Below, in pieces: positions 24,323 to 26,708 of a DNA stretch of 26,708 nucleotides; positions within the stretch are counted from its first letter, which is position 1, and every line of letters starts with the position of its first letter. A model generated the notes under the pieces. That model was not told the origin of the DNA and did no database searches. It saw only the letters and a list, made by a program, of their open reading frames with translations. The DNA is from a virus, in IMG/VR virus record IMGVR_UViG_3300013886_000019; one strand, given 5' to 3'. The position numbers and the translations under genes were made by a program.

Positions 24323-24351
24323 CCTGCATATGCAGTAAAATGAGGTAAAAA

Positions 24352-24897
24352 ATGGATCAGTCATCATCCGCTATCAGGATCCTTGAGAAGAGCAAGCGAG
24401 AGAAGGAGTTCCGGGTCTCGCGAGGCCATCTCTACTACTTTGCGGGGGAGTACCACTACAAGCGCGATGCCGAAGACACCAAGAACGCCCTGAAAAAGGC
24501 GGGGTATTCGGTATTGATGCGGAAGGGGCCTCGCCAGGCTGACGGGTATCAACTCCATGCTCGGAAGGTCAAAGCGACTTCCGAAGACAAAGCGAACCCC
24601 CTGTATGGGGGGAACCGGGTGGTAGAGGTCACTCTTGAATCCGCTCGGCCCCCGATCTGGACCGTCACGCTCATGCACACCGCAAAGAATGGCGAGTACC
24701 GGAGAGATTACTCTAAATCCGCTGGCGAGTACACCCGGCACCATGACGGCCCCTCTATCTCCCCTGCGGTCGCAGAGGCAAAACGTCTGGCGAAGAAATG
24801 CGGGAAAGGAACCTACGTTGTCATCTACGGTGCGACCTCAGCAGAGCGGTTGCAGTGGGATGGGAAGCGGTTCGTGAATCTGGGACGTACCAAGTAA
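24352..24897 (+). CDS. Two-domain protein with N-terminal SPOR-like paralogue domain
   Basis: GHLYYFAGEYHYKRDAEDTKNALKKAGY; CTGCATATGCAG palindrome (24324-24335) and leader upstream. Confidence 0.75.
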   Translation: MDQSSSAIRILEKSKREKEFRVSRGHLYYFAGEYHYKRDAEDTKNALKKAGYSVLMRKGPRQADGYQLHARKVKATSEDKANPLYGGNRVVEVTLESARPPIWTVTLMHTAKNGEYRRDYSKSAGEYTRHHDGPSISPAVAEAKRLAKKCGKGTYVVIYGATSAERLQWDGKRFVNLGRTK

Positions 24898-24910
24898 AAT
24901 GAGGTAAAAA

Positions 24911-25138
24911 ATGGCCACGAAAAAAGGATCCACTAAAAAGCAAGTTCCCCGTGATGGGTACATTAATGTCTGGGCAAAGGATGCAAGAAAGGCCAAGGCT
25001 TTGGTGAAGAAAAGGTATGATCTCCCACCGGGGGCCGAGATTCTCGCAACAAGAGTCCAAGTGAAAAACGCCGGACCTCGGCCACTGCCGTACCCCTATA
25101 TCTATGAAATTGAGGTCTATGTCCCATATAGGGACTAA
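24911..25138 (+). CDS. Small basic hypothetical protein
   Basis: Leader at 24896. Confidence 0.75.
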   Translation: MATKKGSTKKQVPRDGYINVWAKDARKAKALVKKRYDLPPGAEILATRVQVKNAGPRPLPYPYIYEIEVYVPYRD

Positions 25139-25164
25139 ACCCCTGGGGTAAAATGAGGTGAAAA

Positions 25165-25428
25165 ATGGCGAAGCGTGGTATCAATCTGGTCAAAGTGACC
25201 CCGGCCCTGAAGGAAGAACTCCAGAAGGCCGGGATCGCGAAGGCCCGGCTGCGGGGCGAGGTACTGCTCGAGTTCAGGCACCTCTTCCTGGGGAAGTATG
25301 TTCCGGGGAGTTACACGACCCAGTACTATCCCCTCACCGGCCGGGAAGAGACCCCGAAGGTCCGACAGGCCGTGCGGACCTGGGAGCAGCGAACCGGACA
25401 GAAGATCGAAACACTCTACGAAAAATGA
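25165..25428 (+). CDS. Small basic hypothetical protein
   Basis: Leader at 25150; its stop is the TGA of the next leader. Confidence 0.75.
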   Translation: MAKRGINLVKVTPALKEELQKAGIAKARLRGEVLLEFRHLFLGKYVPGSYTTQYYPLTGREETPKVRQAVRTWEQRTGQKIETLYEK

Positions 25429-25438
25429 GGTAAGAAAA

Positions 25439-25699
25439 ATGCCCTGGAAAAAAGATGGCACATATGTGCCGGTGCCCGATGACCGGACCTTCAACGGCAA
25501 GCGGTTCTCCCTCCTGTGGGTAACCGGGTTCAGCTCGAAGCGTCGGGCAGAACAGACGAAGAACGCCCTCAAAGAGGGGGGCAGCAAGCCCTACAACGTG
25601 CGGATCGTTCCCTATGATGGAGGCTATTACCTCTACACCGCCCCACGGGTGACCCGGGAAGATTCCCAGTGGTTGCTTAAGCGGATAGGGGGGATCTGA
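25439..25699 (+). CDS. Small SPOR-like-family paralogue
   Basis: FNGKRF...FSSKRRAEQTKNALKEGG..NVRIVP..GYYLYT; leader at 25422. Confidence 0.75.
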   Translation: MPWKKDGTYVPVPDDRTFNGKRFSLLWVTGFSSKRRAEQTKNALKEGGSKPYNVRIVPYDGGYYLYTAPRVTREDSQWLLKRIGGI

Positions 25700-25703
25700 G
25701 GGG

Positions 25704-25773
25704 TGAGGGGGTTCCCCCTCGCGTTCGCGAACCGTCGAGAGAACTATCTGAGTAAAATGAGGTACGAAAAATG
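25704..25773 (+). repeat. ~70-bp hairpin-plus-leader spacer, copy 2
   Basis: GAGGGGG-TT-CCCCCTC hairpin; core shared with 23820-23890. Confidence 0.85.
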
Positions 25774-26040
25774 GTGAAACGCTACAACTACAAGAACCCC
25801 AAACCCGCCCAATGGCATGAGGGGCCCCGCTACGACATCTCGGTCGCTAACAACCTGCTCTACACGAACAGCGACTGGACCCGGGGGAAGGTCACGGTCT
25901 TCATCAAGGACAAGTGGGACGGCAACAAGATCCACCAGCGCACCGGCGATGCCCAGATGATCGGGAACTTCAGCCCGATCTGGGTGAACTGGAAGGGCAA
26001 GAAGATTATGATCGAGGAACTGCTCGACAGCACGCAGTAA
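25771..26040 (+). CDS. Small hypothetical protein
   Basis: Leader at 25754; the TAA stop overlaps the next leader. Confidence 0.75.
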   Translation: MVKRYNYKNPKPAQWHEGPRYDISVANNLLYTNSDWTRGKVTVFIKDKWDGNKIHQRTGDAQMIGNFSPIWVNWKGKKIMIEELLDSTQ

Positions 26041-26052
26041 AATGAGGTAAAA

Positions 26053-26322
26053 ATGGCAACTAAAAGGAAAACGGTCCTCTTCAAGGACTTGAAGGTCGGG
26101 GAAAGCTTCGAGTTCGGGTCTTCGCCCGATGACTCGTTCTACCTCTCCATGGAACGCGGCCCCTTTGTCAAGGTCAGCCCCCGGAAGTACCGTCCTCGTG
26201 ACTCAGGTGCGAAGCTCAGGGCACGGCAGAAGATCCACGAGGTCTACAAGCTCAGGCCCGCGAAGTTGAGCGACCTGGATATGCAGGTCGGTAGCATCAA
26301 TGTCGAGGTTGTCCGGCGGTAA
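26053..26322 (+). CDS. Small basic hypothetical protein
   Basis: Leader at 26039; VLFKDLKVGESFEF suggests a small beta-barrel. Confidence 0.75.
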   Translation: MATKRKTVLFKDLKVGESFEFGSSPDDSFYLSMERGPFVKVSPRKYRPRDSGAKLRARQKIHEVYKLRPAKLSDLDMQVGSINVEVVRR

Positions 26323-26335
26323 CAGGAGGTGAAAA

Positions 26336-26650
26336 ATGGAGTTCAAATCACTCGAACAATTATTCGAGGAGAACAACGGCCGGACGGTCGTCATGGACCG
26401 CCGGAAGTACCGGGTCCGGTACCGCCGGTACCGGGGCGGCGAGGACATCTGGCTGGAACCCGTCAACAAGAACGCCCCGTGGTACCGCAAGATGCGGGAC
26501 TACCTGGGCGATGACTGGGTCACGGACGCGAAGCACCTTGAGGGCAAGGCCTTTAGCGAGGTCTACCGGCAGCTCGCCTGGAAACAGCCCTCGACCCCCG
26601 GCCGCAAGGCGACGACCTCGCGGAAGAAGGCCCCGGCCCGGAGGCGCTGA
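26336..26650 (+). CDS. Small protein with K/R-rich tail
   Basis: Canonical GGAGGTGAAAA RBS; RKATTSRKKAPARRR tail. Confidence 0.75.
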   Translation: MEFKSLEQLFEENNGRTVVMDRRKYRVRYRRYRGGEDIWLEPVNKNAPWYRKMRDYLGDDWVTDAKHLEGKAFSEVYRQLAWKQPSTPGRKATTSRKKAPARRR

Positions 26651-26651
26651 C

Positions 26652-26708
26652 ATGCCCGCCGCTCCCCGCAAGCCCGTCCGCCGGGCCAAACCCCCAGCCC
26701 CCCGCAAC
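26652..26708 (+). CDS. Possible 5' end of a further basic array gene (truncated by the window edge)
   Basis: ATG 1 nt after the previous stop; MPAAPRKPVRRAKPP. Confidence 0.35.
   Translation, partial: MPAAPRKPVRRAKPPAPRN

Larger units (their letters stand above)
23500..26048 (+). repeat. Dispersed identical leader AAAATGAGGT, 8 copies (23500, 23873, 24337, 24896, 25150, 25422, 25754, 26039); also at 687 and 12757
   Basis: Each copy read directly, 4-7 nt upstream of an ATG; contains the SD core GAGGT. Confidence 0.9.
1..26708. mobile_element. Probable archaeal virus/provirus or plasmid-like element (accessory region), likely Methanomicrobiales host
   Basis: Dense co-oriented small hypothetical genes, resolvase, DpdA-like enzyme, orphan HicB genes and phage-type conserved hypotheticals. 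No housekeeping operons. Archaeal SD and TATA signals. No structural genes in the window, so the element class is unresolved. Confidence 0.6.

Noticed and set aside
23500-26048. CRISPR array or classical integron
   Set aside because: Repeats are 10 bp, separated by whole genes of variable length; no cas genes, no IntI tyrosine recombinase and no GTTRRRY/RYYYAAC attC ends seen
1-26708. tRNA/rRNA genes and virion structural or packaging genes
   Set aside because: No cloverleaf with T-loop/anticodon arms and no capsid, portal or terminase motifs recognised by eye; tRNAscan-SE and HMM searches would be needed to exclude them fully

Overview
This is a GC-rich, gene-dense window, coded almost entirely on the + strand. 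It looks like the non-structural, accessory part of an archaeal virus, provirus or plasmid-like element, probably from a Methanomicrobiales (Methanoculleus-like) host. The host is inferred from GAGGT(G)-type Shine-Dalgarno sites, TTTATA boxes and a stand-alone NrdD-C-terminal zinc-ribbon gene that I recall from that lineage. I saw no capsid, terminase, portal, polymerase, tRNA, rRNA or CRISPR array, so virus versus plasmid cannot be decided here. From left to right: a non-coding, repeat-rich possible origin; a large wHTH protein; a methyltransferase plus two GT-B glycosyltransferases; small wHTH and membrane genes; an SPL-like radical SAM enzyme; a Pol-beta-like nucleotidyltransferase; a stand-alone domain resembling phosphorothioation-associated proteins; a Ycf46-like AAA+ / DUF1257 / DUF2997 / DUF3150-like module; an NrdD-tail protein; two orphan HicB-like genes; a minus-strand island (DpdA/TGT-like transglycosylase, dCMP deaminase remnant, serine recombinase); and an array of about 11 short basic genes. 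The strongest unexplained signals are four. (1) An identical AAAATGAGGT leader precedes 8 consecutive array genes, and a ~70-bp hairpin-bearing spacer occurs twice in that array. (2) A dispersed family of at least 5 SPOR-like small paralogues. (3) An intergenic CTGCA-N2-TGCAG palindrome sits just upstream of ribosome-binding sites. (4) An R-x(2-3)-[LV]-E-[FL] motif is shared by the AAA ATPase and two neighbours. All family assignments are from motif recognition, not database searches.
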